Assembly: GCA_023473585.1 (NCBI GenBank)
Contig: JAMCYU010000008.1
Location: 1 to 62,416 of the forward strand
DNA from: Patescibacteria group bacterium
GTDB taxonomy: Bacteria > Patescibacteriota > Microgenomatia > JAMCYU01
Length of the DNA: 62,416 nt
Reading direction: 5' to 3'
Both the position numbers and the translations under genes were made by a program. Of the stretch, positions 53,686 to 62,386 are shown piece by piece; position 1 is the first letter of the stretch, and each line of letters begins with the position of its first letter. The notes beneath the pieces are model-generated. The model saw only the letters and a list, made by a program, of their open reading frames with translations, had not been told where the DNA came from and made no database searches.

Positions 53686-56208
53686 CTAATTACCTCCGAT
53701 TTGTTGATTTAACCATTGATTGGTCTTATCAATTTGGTATGCCAAACGGTATTCCTCAAGCGCCCTTAACGTCTCACCCCTGGTAAAATACATCTTCCCC
53801 AGGGTTACATGTTGACGGAAAAGAAAATATTTATTATCCGTCTTTGGTCTTAAGTCTTTCATGGCTTCGATATTTTTGCTCGTGGTCGCCTGATAAAGAC
53901 TTTTTGGGGCGGAAAACTCTAAAAAAGGGTGGTTGTCGGTATTTTCTTTGGCTCCCTGAATAAACTTAACTATGCCTTCTTGACCCAACGCTAAATAGCT
54001 TAAAAACTGTTCGGCACTTTCAATGAAAATCCGCCCAAATTCATTTTTGATAAGTTTCTGCTCTAATTTCTGGCTGATTAAATCAGCATCTAAATTTATC
54101 GGTTCCTGACTGCCCAAGAGCAGCAAATCGTAAGAAGAAAGATTGTCCCAAACAGTAGTATAGGGAAAAACCGATTGAAAAGTCTTAATCTCCGTTTTTA
54201 AATCGTCTGTTTTAAGACTGTAAAGTTGAATCCAGTGGGCAAAAATGCCACCCTTATTAAGACGTTTTTTCGCCAACTCAAAATACTCTTTGGTGAAAAG
54301 TTTAGAATTTCCCGACAGCCAAATATTCGAAGGTTCGGAAGTAATCACATCGTATTTTTCCGTTCCTTTCAAAAGATAATTTCTACCGTCCCCTGTCACC
54401 ACTTTTAGTCTTTGGTCTTCTATGGCCCGATGGTTTACCTCACTGAAATATTTATTGGCTTCAATAATGGCTGGTTCAATTTCCACCGCCTCGATATTTT
54501 TGGCCGGAAATTGTTCAACAGAACCTAGGGTTATCCCTGATCCTAACCCAACCACCAAGACATCTTCTGGATTAGGATGTAAGATCATCGGTAATGCTCC
54601 TGAGAGAACCTGTGTGTCAATATCCAAACCGGTTGAAGCATCGGTTTTCCCGTCAATGCGCAAAAAAACCTGCGCCCCGAGTTTTTTAACGGCCACTGTT
54701 ACCTCAATCCCTTCCCGATAATAAAGAAAGTCGGAGCCCTGCATTCTTTTTTCGGCTTGCTCTTGGCTGTCTTGGATGAAAAAACGCCAATTGGCATATG
54801 GCCCGGAAACTAAAAAATGTTTGTTCCATAATGGCCATAAATAACCAATCAAAAGAATGACTAAGATAACAAAAGAGATCAAAATTCTCGGAAAACTTCG
54901 CTTGTCTTTGACAATAAGCCAAACTGCCAAAAAAAGATAAATCGCTGCCATCAGCCAAATTCCCTTCTGGACGCCGATTCGAGGAATCAGGAAAAAACCG
55001 GCTAATAAGGAACCAAAGACGCCTCCTAGGGTATTAGCCGCGTAAAGACTGCCGACTGACCAACCGACTAATTTTTCTTCTTCCTGATAGAATTTAATAC
55101 CCAAGGGCAAAAGCAAACCCATAACCAAAGTCGCCAGAAACATAAGAAAAAAGGAAAGGATAAATTGCCAAAAAAGAATCGACCCAAAAGAAGTGTAGCT
55201 GGTTTTGATTATTTCCAAAAGGAAAAAGGGTATCTTTTCAAAAAGAGGGATGCTAAAGATTATCCATGTGCCTAAAATCGCTAAAAAAACGGCCAGCCAA
55301 ATTTGGCTAAATTTCTTTCCCCATTGGCGAAAAATAAGACTCCCGATGGCAATCCCTAATAAGAAACTGACTAAAACCGTCGCAAAAGCATATATCGAAG
55401 CACCGAAAAATAAAATTAAAGTTCTCGTCCAAAAAACCTCCATGGCCAAACCTGCCAAACCAGTCAGGAAAAAAACTCCCAAAAGAAAATAATTTGTGTG
55501 AAGACTATCAGGGACTATGTTCGGCCGCTTGCCAGCGATTTTTCTGTCTTCACTTGATACTTGATACTTACTACATAATACTAATATCGTGATACCGATA
55601 ATTAAATTTATACCCGCGGCCAGCCAGATGGTTTCACGAACGCCCAAAAAAGCAATCAGAAAAAACCCGGCTAAAAAAGCCCCCATGACGGCGCCCAAAG
55701 TATTGATAAAATATAAAAAACTTACCCCCTCCCCTATTTCCTGATCTTTAAGAAGAAATTTCGCGATCACCGGCAAAGTTCCACCCATCAGGATTGTTGG
55801 TAAAATCAAAGCCAAAAAACTTAAAAGAAATGTCAAAAATTGAAAACCATAAAAAGATGAACCGATATTTTGGCCAACAAGAACCTGCAATCTTTCGACG
55901 AATTTAAAAATTAAAGGAGTTAAAAAAGCATATAAACCTATTCCTAATTCTAGAAATGCGTAAAGTTTTAGGGAATTCTCTTTTTGATCGATAATTCGGC
56001 CAAAAAAAAAGCTGCCCAAGGCTAAACCGCAAAAAAAGATAGCCAAAACAGAAGCGGTTGCGTAAGCAGTTGTCCCGAAAACCAAAGCCAGCTGCCTTTG
56101 CCAAACAACCTGATAGGTTAGGGCGCAAAAACCGGAAAGGAAAAAGAAGAGAACCAAAAGTCTTCGTAAGTTAATCATCGTAATTATAAACTTATAACAA
56201 CTTGCCAT
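53686..56208 (-). CDS. Fused polytopic membrane / spermidine-synthase-like / TPR protein (840 aa)
   Basis: ~14 TM helices, then VLVVGLGSGITLG and DVITSEPSN (aminopropyltransferase/MTase fold), then TPR-like repeats. An alternative start at M11 (56178) would remove the overlap. Confidence 0.75.
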   Translation of the reverse strand: MASCYKFIITMINLRRLLVLFFFLSGFCALTYQVVWQRQLALVFGTTAYATASVLAIFFCGLALGSFFFGRIIDQKENSLKLYAFLELGIGLYAFLTPLIFKFVERLQVLVGQNIGSSFYGFQFLTFLLSFLALILPTILMGGTLPVIAKFLLKDQEIGEGVSFLYFINTLGAVMGAFLAGFFLIAFLGVRETIWLAAGINLIIGITILVLCSKYQVSSEDRKIAGKRPNIVPDSLHTNYFLLGVFFLTGLAGLAMEVFWTRTLILFFGASIYAFATVLVSFLLGIAIGSLIFRQWGKKFSQIWLAVFLAILGTWIIFSIPLFEKIPFFLLEIIKTSYTSFGSILFWQFILSFFLMFLATLVMGLLLPLGIKFYQEEEKLVGWSVGSLYAANTLGGVFGSLLAGFFLIPRIGVQKGIWLMAAIYLFLAVWLIVKDKRSFPRILISFVILVILLIGYLWPLWNKHFLVSGPYANWRFFIQDSQEQAEKRMQGSDFLYYREGIEVTVAVKKLGAQVFLRIDGKTDASTGLDIDTQVLSGALPMILHPNPEDVLVVGLGSGITLGSVEQFPAKNIEAVEIEPAIIEANKYFSEVNHRAIEDQRLKVVTGDGRNYLLKGTEKYDVITSEPSNIWLSGNSKLFTKEYFELAKKRLNKGGIFAHWIQLYSLKTDDLKTEIKTFQSVFPYTTVWDNLSSYDLLLLGSQEPINLDADLISQKLEQKLIKNEFGRIFIESAEQFLSYLALGQEGIVKFIQGAKENTDNHPFLEFSAPKSLYQATTSKNIEAMKDLRPKTDNKYFLFRQHVTLGKMYFTRGETLRALEEYRLAYQIDKTNQWLNQQIGGN

Positions 56209-59200
56209 TTATTTTAATGACTGCCAAATGAATTTGCAATCGCCTTTTTTGCCACCACTCGATCACCTTAGGCAAGAAGATCGCCATCGGTATAAAAAGC
56301 AGGGCTTTTTCCGGCGCTGCCGGAGCAGTAACTTCGTAAGTTATAAAAGCAGTAAGTCCGCCAAGTTTATCCACATTAACCGGGAGATCAATATTCATGT
56401 AATATGCCCTTATATTTCCACTAAGACCTGTTCCTGACGAAGCTGCTAGATTTGATGCATCCTGAAAAGTGGAAACGCTAAGGTTCTCTCCCGTTGTCTG
56501 ATTTAGAGGACCATACCCAACAGTATCGGCCACTTGTACAAAAGCATACGTCGCACTCGTATAGAAAATTTCGAAATTTCCTTCAGCTCCTGATGAACGC
56601 TTTGTCGTCGAAGATTCGGGAATATAAGTATTAAATGTAAAACTTGGATCAGAAGTGCTTTTTGCCGTTTCTTGCCCAACAAACCAATTCACCGTTTTTA
56701 TACCCGTATATGTACCGCTTGTAGGAATTACGAAGTTATAAGAAACAATTAGTTCCGCTCCTACCGCATAAGTCTCATTAATTTTATCTCCTAAAGCTTC
56801 AACCGTCACCGTGTCCCCGGTTTGCCAATTAGTACTAAAGTTACTGGAAATATCAATAAAAATCACATTTCTCCCTGCTTGTTGGGTGACTACTGTTGCG
56901 TAATAAGTACTCGCCGAAGGATATTCGACTGCTGTGCCACCGGTTATTGTTACTCGGTAACGCGTGTTAGCCGCAGCTGTGTTTGTCCCCACAATTTTTA
57001 AATAAGCATTGTAATTGGAGAGTGAGCTTTCGGGTAAATAAACCGCTGGTGCGCCGATTTGAGTATAAGTTATAGGTAAAGCTCCGCTTAGCTGACCAAC
57101 ATGATATTTAGCCGTATTGCGATGAGTTGTACTTGTTTGGTTGTAATAACTATAAGTATAGGTAATAAGCAGTTCTCCCCCCTTAAGGTTCATTACCTGC
57201 GCGTTATTATAAGAAATGATGGTGTTAGAGGCTTTGTAGTTTAATTGACCAAGAGCAGCTCCATCGGCCACAACTCCTACCGGTTCGTACATGGCGACAA
57301 AATCCATTGTTGTTTTGTTGGCTCCGTCTATAAAAGTAAAAACTGCCGAAGCGCCTCCAACCGGCAATATTTTTGGATTTGTAATTGGCTGATTGTTATT
57401 TATTTCTCCTCTAATTTGAGCGTCTGTTGTACCAGCGGAAACTTGACCAACATACTCCACCCAGGCCTTTTGGATAGTGATATTGGCCTCTTGCAGATTG
57501 GGATTAAGTGTACTTGTCAAAGTATCAGTCGAACCCGAACTAGATTGACTATTCTTGGTTTGTAAGGCGTATCTGACGGTTTTTACTTGCGTTGTTACCG
57601 TATCATCATATTCGTAAGTCACGATTAATTTAGCAGAATCAGTATTGTGAGTTTGGTTAACATAGGCGTTAAAATTATAAGTATTATTTCCTTGAGCGAC
57701 CTCGCTGGTTACATCCATACGAATAATAAAAGGTTGACTTTCACCAGAGTTTGTATTTATAGTGGTAAGTGATTGAGTTATGAAACTGTTAGTTCCCCGA
57801 CGGAACTTCATCTCACCGGCCGTTACATTATTAGCCGAAAGAATAAACCGCCATTCAACATAAGCATGACAGGGATTCGTCCCGGTAGTTCCGGTTAAGC
57901 AATCAACCATTGTTTCTGGAATATCTAAAGAAAATTGCGGCCCATTGGAAGAACTATAAGTTCCGGCATCAATCCCTTGAGTAGCCGTAATATCCGTTGC
58001 GCTGGCATATTGATAAATTGGCATTTCAATGGTCTTAATTTGGGTCCCCGGGGAAGCAAGGGCAAGAGGAACTTTGAAAGATAGCCAAGAAAGGTTCATG
58101 GATAAAATCAAAAGTACAGCTAGGGTAGTTTTTGCCAGCCACCTGATTTTCCTGCGCCTGATGGTAAAATGACCAAACCGGTTATTGGCTGTTTTTAAGG
58201 CCAAATAGGGATTGGAGCTGGAAATTAGATATGGTAATTGGGAATTAGTTTTTAATTCTTGAGTGCTTAATGCTTCATGCTCCATGCTTAATGAAGGTTT
58301 AAATCCCGGCAATATCCCTGAAATCCATCGGTAGAATCTCCCTCGTTGTAGGACATCGGTAATCATGCCTGTCTTGGGGGTTCTAAACCAAGGCCCTTCT
58401 TCTTTTTCGATAAAGCCCTTAACCGAGGCGTAGGCCTGAAAAGGAACGAGAAGATAAGAAAGTACCACAAATGAGAGTATCCCTAAATAGTCTTTCTCCT
58501 CACTCTCCTCCAGGAAAAGACCCACGGTATTGACTAGGGGTAAGGAGAACATGTTGGTTAAAACCAGAGACCAACCCCAAAGAGCCGTCCAGAAAGGGAG
58601 CCTGGCTTTAAAGATGGCTTCAGAGACAAACCAGCAAAAGGTCCCCAAAAGAAAAAAGGTGGCCTGGAGATAATAGGGAGACATAAAGAGAAACTCAAGT
58701 TTCTCCATGTAGGTAAGGTTGGAAGAACCTAAGAGTTTACCAAACATTTTCCTAACGTTAAAGGAATGACCCTCGGCCCAACGCATCCGCTGGCGGACTA
58801 ACCTCTTGATCGTCGAGACACATTCGGCCGGACCTTGAATGTAAGGAGTGTAGATGACCTTGTAACCCTGTTCGTAAAGACGCAGGGTTAGTTGGAAGTC
58901 TTCGGTAATTGAGGTTAACCAGCCGAGCTTTTTTAAGACATCCATCCTGATCATATAGACAGAGCCGGCGATCTGCTTTAAACCCCCGTAGACCTCGGCC
59001 CCTGACCTCTCAACGACATAAGATCCCGCGTACTCGCTTCTTACCCCCCTCGTAATCCAGTTCTCTGATTTGTTAAGAACGTGCCACTGGTAACCCTGGA
59101 TGGCCGCAACGGGTGAGTTTTGGTTCCTCCCTTGGTGACTAAATTCCTGATTCCTAATATCAAAGTTAAGTGTTCCGCAGACCGCTTGGAAGTACTTTAA

Positions 59201-60583
59201 GAATTGGGTGATGGTGTCAGGATAAGGCACAAAGTCGGAGTCAAAAACCAAGACAAACTCGGTTCTTGGGTCGGTAATCTTCATCGCCTCTTTAAGGGCC
59301 CCTCCCTTGTAGCCTTCCCTTGATTCCCGGTGAATAAGTTTGACTTTGGGATGATTCTTCCAGTCCGCAAGAATACTGGTGGTTTCATCATTGGAATCAT
59401 CAATAACGATAACCTCGTAGTTTTGGTAATCCATACTGGTGCAGGCCGAGAGAAGTCTGTTAACGACCTTCTTCTCGTTATACATGGGTAAATGAATGGA
59501 AACAAAGGGAGATCTTTGGAGAATCACTCCTTCTAGGTTGGGTTGTAATCCACCAACATATCCTTTCCGCAGACCAGAAGCACTATCTAAACCAACAAAC
59601 CTAAAAAGAAATCTCATCAACCACGACCGCTTCCTCGTTCCTGATTCCTGATTCTCTCCTTCTTGTCCGATATGACGAGAGAACCCTAAGACTATCGCCA
59701 AGGTTAAATAGTATTTAAGCGAGTAAAGGAAGAAAACCGAACCGGAAAATAAAGCGATTGAAGCAAAGATTAAGCCCAACTTATTCTCTTGAGGAACCTG
59801 ACTATAGATCCTCAACCAAGCTAAAAGAAGATAACTTATAGGGGCGGAAAAACCGAAGCCAAAGAAGAAGGACTTAAATATATTTTTAAAATTTGGCGGT
59901 GGTGCTGGTGCCAAAGAAGGCATAAAGGCTTCAAAAACCGTTCTGATTCTATTAATATTGGCGGTCGCAAGTTGAACAAGGGAGTTTGAGGTATGGGTTT
60001 TAGCGTAAGCAAGGCGCTGACAATAATAAGACAGGTTAAATCTTCTCAAGATGTTTTGCACGCCATGATTGCCCAAAATTGGCTTACCATTTATTTGAGG
60101 TAAACAAGCAACGATTTTATGCGTTGAAAGCTCTGGATATTTAATGACTAGTGTCAAAATTGTCTTTTCAACTAGCCGGGGAGTTTGATGATAATATTTT
60201 TCTCTTTTGGGAATTTTATCCCAGAGAGCTCCCGTTTTTTCTCCAAGCGGAGCCTGCTCATAACGATTTTTCCAACGATAAAAGATCGTACGGGAGATAC
60301 CGTATTCTTGACAAATTTCGGCCACGGGTTTACCAGTAAGTTTTTTTTCGATCGTCGCTAGCCGCTCTTTTGGAGAAAGCAGTTTTCTGGGGATTTTCGC
60401 ATTGTGAAAAAGCGGTTTAAGTGAACTAATTTTAAGGTTATTTTCTTTATATCTTTTTAACCATCGGTAAAAAAGAACGCGGGAGATTCCGGCTTCCCGA
60501 GCAAGCCTAGTAGCTTCTTCATTTTTATTTAAGAAGCGCTTAATAAGACTTAATCTTTGTTTTACAGTCAGTTTAGCTCTCAT
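56192..60583 (-). CDS. Fusion protein: two transposase-type HTH domains, a processive GT2 (QxxRW), a ~640-aa Thr/Ser/Asn-rich ectodomain and a C-terminal TM anchor (1463 aa)
   Basis: One continuous ORF. HTH motifs: GISRVLFYRWLKRY and GISRTIFYRWKNRY. GT2 motifs: LPMYNEKKV, VIDDSND, FDSDFVP and RQRMRWAEG. The C-terminus is APAAPEKALLFIPMAIFLPKVIEWWQKRR. Confidence 0.8.
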   Translation of the reverse strand: MRAKLTVKQRLSLIKRFLNKNEEATRLAREAGISRVLFYRWLKRYKENNLKISSLKPLFHNAKIPRKLLSPKERLATIEKKLTGKPVAEICQEYGISRTIFYRWKNRYEQAPLGEKTGALWDKIPKREKYYHQTPRLVEKTILTLVIKYPELSTHKIVACLPQINGKPILGNHGVQNILRRFNLSYYCQRLAYAKTHTSNSLVQLATANINRIRTVFEAFMPSLAPAPPPNFKNIFKSFFFGFGFSAPISYLLLAWLRIYSQVPQENKLGLIFASIALFSGSVFFLYSLKYYLTLAIVLGFSRHIGQEGENQESGTRKRSWLMRFLFRFVGLDSASGLRKGYVGGLQPNLEGVILQRSPFVSIHLPMYNEKKVVNRLLSACTSMDYQNYEVIVIDDSNDETTSILADWKNHPKVKLIHRESREGYKGGALKEAMKITDPRTEFVLVFDSDFVPYPDTITQFLKYFQAVCGTLNFDIRNQEFSHQGRNQNSPVAAIQGYQWHVLNKSENWITRGVRSEYAGSYVVERSGAEVYGGLKQIAGSVYMIRMDVLKKLGWLTSITEDFQLTLRLYEQGYKVIYTPYIQGPAECVSTIKRLVRQRMRWAEGHSFNVRKMFGKLLGSSNLTYMEKLEFLFMSPYYLQATFFLLGTFCWFVSEAIFKARLPFWTALWGWSLVLTNMFSLPLVNTVGLFLEESEEKDYLGILSFVVLSYLLVPFQAYASVKGFIEKEEGPWFRTPKTGMITDVLQRGRFYRWISGILPGFKPSLSMEHEALSTQELKTNSQLPYLISSSNPYLALKTANNRFGHFTIRRRKIRWLAKTTLAVLLILSMNLSWLSFKVPLALASPGTQIKTIEMPIYQYASATDITATQGIDAGTYSSSNGPQFSLDIPETMVDCLTGTTGTNPCHAYVEWRFILSANNVTAGEMKFRRGTNSFITQSLTTINTNSGESQPFIIRMDVTSEVAQGNNTYNFNAYVNQTHNTDSAKLIVTYEYDDTVTTQVKTVRYALQTKNSQSSSGSTDTLTSTLNPNLQEANITIQKAWVEYVGQVSAGTTDAQIRGEINNNQPITNPKILPVGGASAVFTFIDGANKTTMDFVAMYEPVGVVADGAALGQLNYKASNTIISYNNAQVMNLKGGELLITYTYSYYNQTSTTHRNTAKYHVGQLSGALPITYTQIGAPAVYLPESSLSNYNAYLKIVGTNTAAANTRYRVTITGGTAVEYPSASTYYATVVTQQAGRNVIFIDISSNFSTNWQTGDTVTVEALGDKINETYAVGAELIVSYNFVIPTSGTYTGIKTVNWFVGQETAKSTSDPSFTFNTYIPESSTTKRSSGAEGNFEIFYTSATYAFVQVADTVGYGPLNQTTGENLSVSTFQDASNLAASSGTGLSGNIRAYYMNIDLPVNVDKLGGLTAFITYEVTAPAAPEKALLFIPMAIFLPKVIEWWQKRRLQIHLAVIKINGKLL

Positions 60584-61002
60584 CTTTTCGTGTTAACACC
60601 ATTATTAATAATTAGCCTCATATTTATGTTAACATTAAGTGGGTACTGTTTGTCAAGCCCTATGGGTTATGAAGTAACAAGCAAAACCAAGATATCCAAG
60701 GCTAACTTCTTCCCCAAATAATCCACATTTTTACCCACAGATAGCCTTAATTTTTGTCCTTTTATTTTATAGGCTATTATTAATATCTAACTATAGGACT
60801 TAATTGTGGAAACTATAAGCTATTCTGATTCTCAAACTATAGGAGATTAACCTGCAAGGCTCTTCGGCTACTAAAAACTTGGGATTTTCTTTTTGGAAAC
60901 CTTCTTAAGATGAGAATTAATAAGACCAGATTAAATCATTTGCTTTTTATTCGGCGCTTCAAGAATACCCCGCCTCTGGTGGGGATGAATTGAAGCAAAG
61001 AA

Positions 61003-61028
61003 AATATTCTCCCTTAAGGGAGAATATT
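61003..61028. other. Perfect 11-bp hairpin in the long AT-rich intergenic region
   Basis: AATATTCTCCC-ttaa-GGGAGAATATT. Confidence 0.4.
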
Positions 61029-61396
61029 ATAGGATATATCTTTCCGTTAAATATAATTCAGAACGCTCCGATAATAAGAATTATTTTTTGCGCTTTCAAA
61101 AAAATATTTATACCCAGAGATGAAAATGATGAAGTTTATATTTAATTAAAAAAGATTATTTAATAATTTCGCTAATAAGGCTAGTTAGAACTTCGTTACC
61201 TAACAATTTTTTGTATTAAAAGTAATTAAATGCTTGGTCTTTTCTTTATTAATGAACAAAAAAGTTCATCAATAATTATTGGCGATAAAAATAATAACAA
61301 AAATATGTCTTTCTTGTTTAACTTAAAAAACTATTAAGCAGGAAATTTTTATTTTACGAAGGATAGAGCAACTTTAAAAGAGGCAGATTAAAAATA

Positions 61397-62386
61397 TTAC
61401 TCTAGGACTCTATAAATCCGATCACCGGCAACGTCATAAATTTTTTCTAAAGAGGAAATTTTGTCAAAAATTTCCGGATGGACAAAATCATGATAATACT
61501 CCCGCGAGTTTTCGGTATGAACGACTAAATAGTTGATCTTTAATTTTCGCAGCCATTGTGAGATCTTTGATGGGTTCTGACCCTGGCGAATCTTCCAGGC
61601 CGCTTTTCGCCAGTTTTGGTCTACGACCACCTGATCCTGTCCCCCTCTTACCTGGTTAATATCAAAAAACGCATTTAGCCAAAAAACCGTTGTCCCCGAA
61701 AGAAAGGCTCTTTCGTTTGGCCCAACGATCCTGGTCAGTTCCTCCCCTATTTGGTATTCCACGGTTTTTTTAATATCTTTCTGCATGGTCTTTAAAACAA
61801 AAGTGTTAAAAATAAAAAGGAAAATGAAAAAATAAATAGCCAAAAAAGCGACGGAAAAGGTATTTTTGAAGAAACGCCGAAGCAGAAGACTAAGACCAAG
61901 ACTTATTCCCAACTGTAACTCCATTGTGTAGGCTGTCCAGTCCAACCAAAAATCAATATCAGACAAGAATCTAGTCAAAGTTAAAAAACCAAAAACGAAA
62001 AGCCAGTAAAAAAGAAAGTCCCGGGGTAAGTTTTTTTCTTTGAAAACCTTCACCGAAAAAATGGCCAAAATAAAGGCCAGAGTTGTCGGAAGGATCTGCA
62101 AAATCCAAAAGATAAGACCACTCAAACCTTTGCCAGCCCAAGAAGGCGTACCCAAAATAGCCAACCAGTAAATCGGTGTATACCACAGAGTGGCGATCAT
62201 GATTGAAAGGAAAAGCAGAAGAGAGGTTTTTTTAATTTTTTCCTTGATTCCCTGCCAGCCGGTTTTGGCCAAGAAAAGACAAACCATGCCGAAAATTAAA
62301 GAGGGTAAAATAAGAGTATCTATAAGTAAGACAAAAGATATCAAAATAATCAAAAAAACTCGAATTCTTTTCGTTTCTCTTTGCAA
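61397..62386 (-). CDS. Shorter paralog of the GT-C/YfhO-like family (329 aa listed; may extend past the window end)
   Basis: FWLNAFFDINQVRGGQDQ..INYLVVHTENSREYYHDF aligns with FWLNTFFDVPQVRGGNDG..VSYLVVNTPQSSEVFHDF in the 693-aa protein. Confidence 0.6.
   Translation of the reverse strand: MQRETKRIRVFLIILISFVLLIDTLILPSLIFGMVCLFLAKTGWQGIKEKIKKTSLLLFLSIMIATLWYTPIYWLAILGTPSWAGKGLSGLIFWILQILPTTLAFILAIFSVKVFKEKNLPRDFLFYWLFVFGFLTLTRFLSDIDFWLDWTAYTMELQLGISLGLSLLLRRFFKNTFSVAFLAIYFFIFLFIFNTFVLKTMQKDIKKTVEYQIGEELTRIVGPNERAFLSGTTVFWLNAFFDINQVRGGQDQVVVDQNWRKAAWKIRQGQNPSKISQWLRKLKINYLVVHTENSREYYHDFVHPEIFDKISSLEKIYDVAGDRIYRVLE

Noticed and set aside
59990-60583. Possible IS element or transposase at the 5' end of the 1463-aa gene
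   Set aside because: Only the HTH modules are present. There is no DDE or recombinase domain and no terminal inverted repeats, and the ORF continues without a stop into the TM and GT2 domains. I treat it as a fused domain, not a mobile element.
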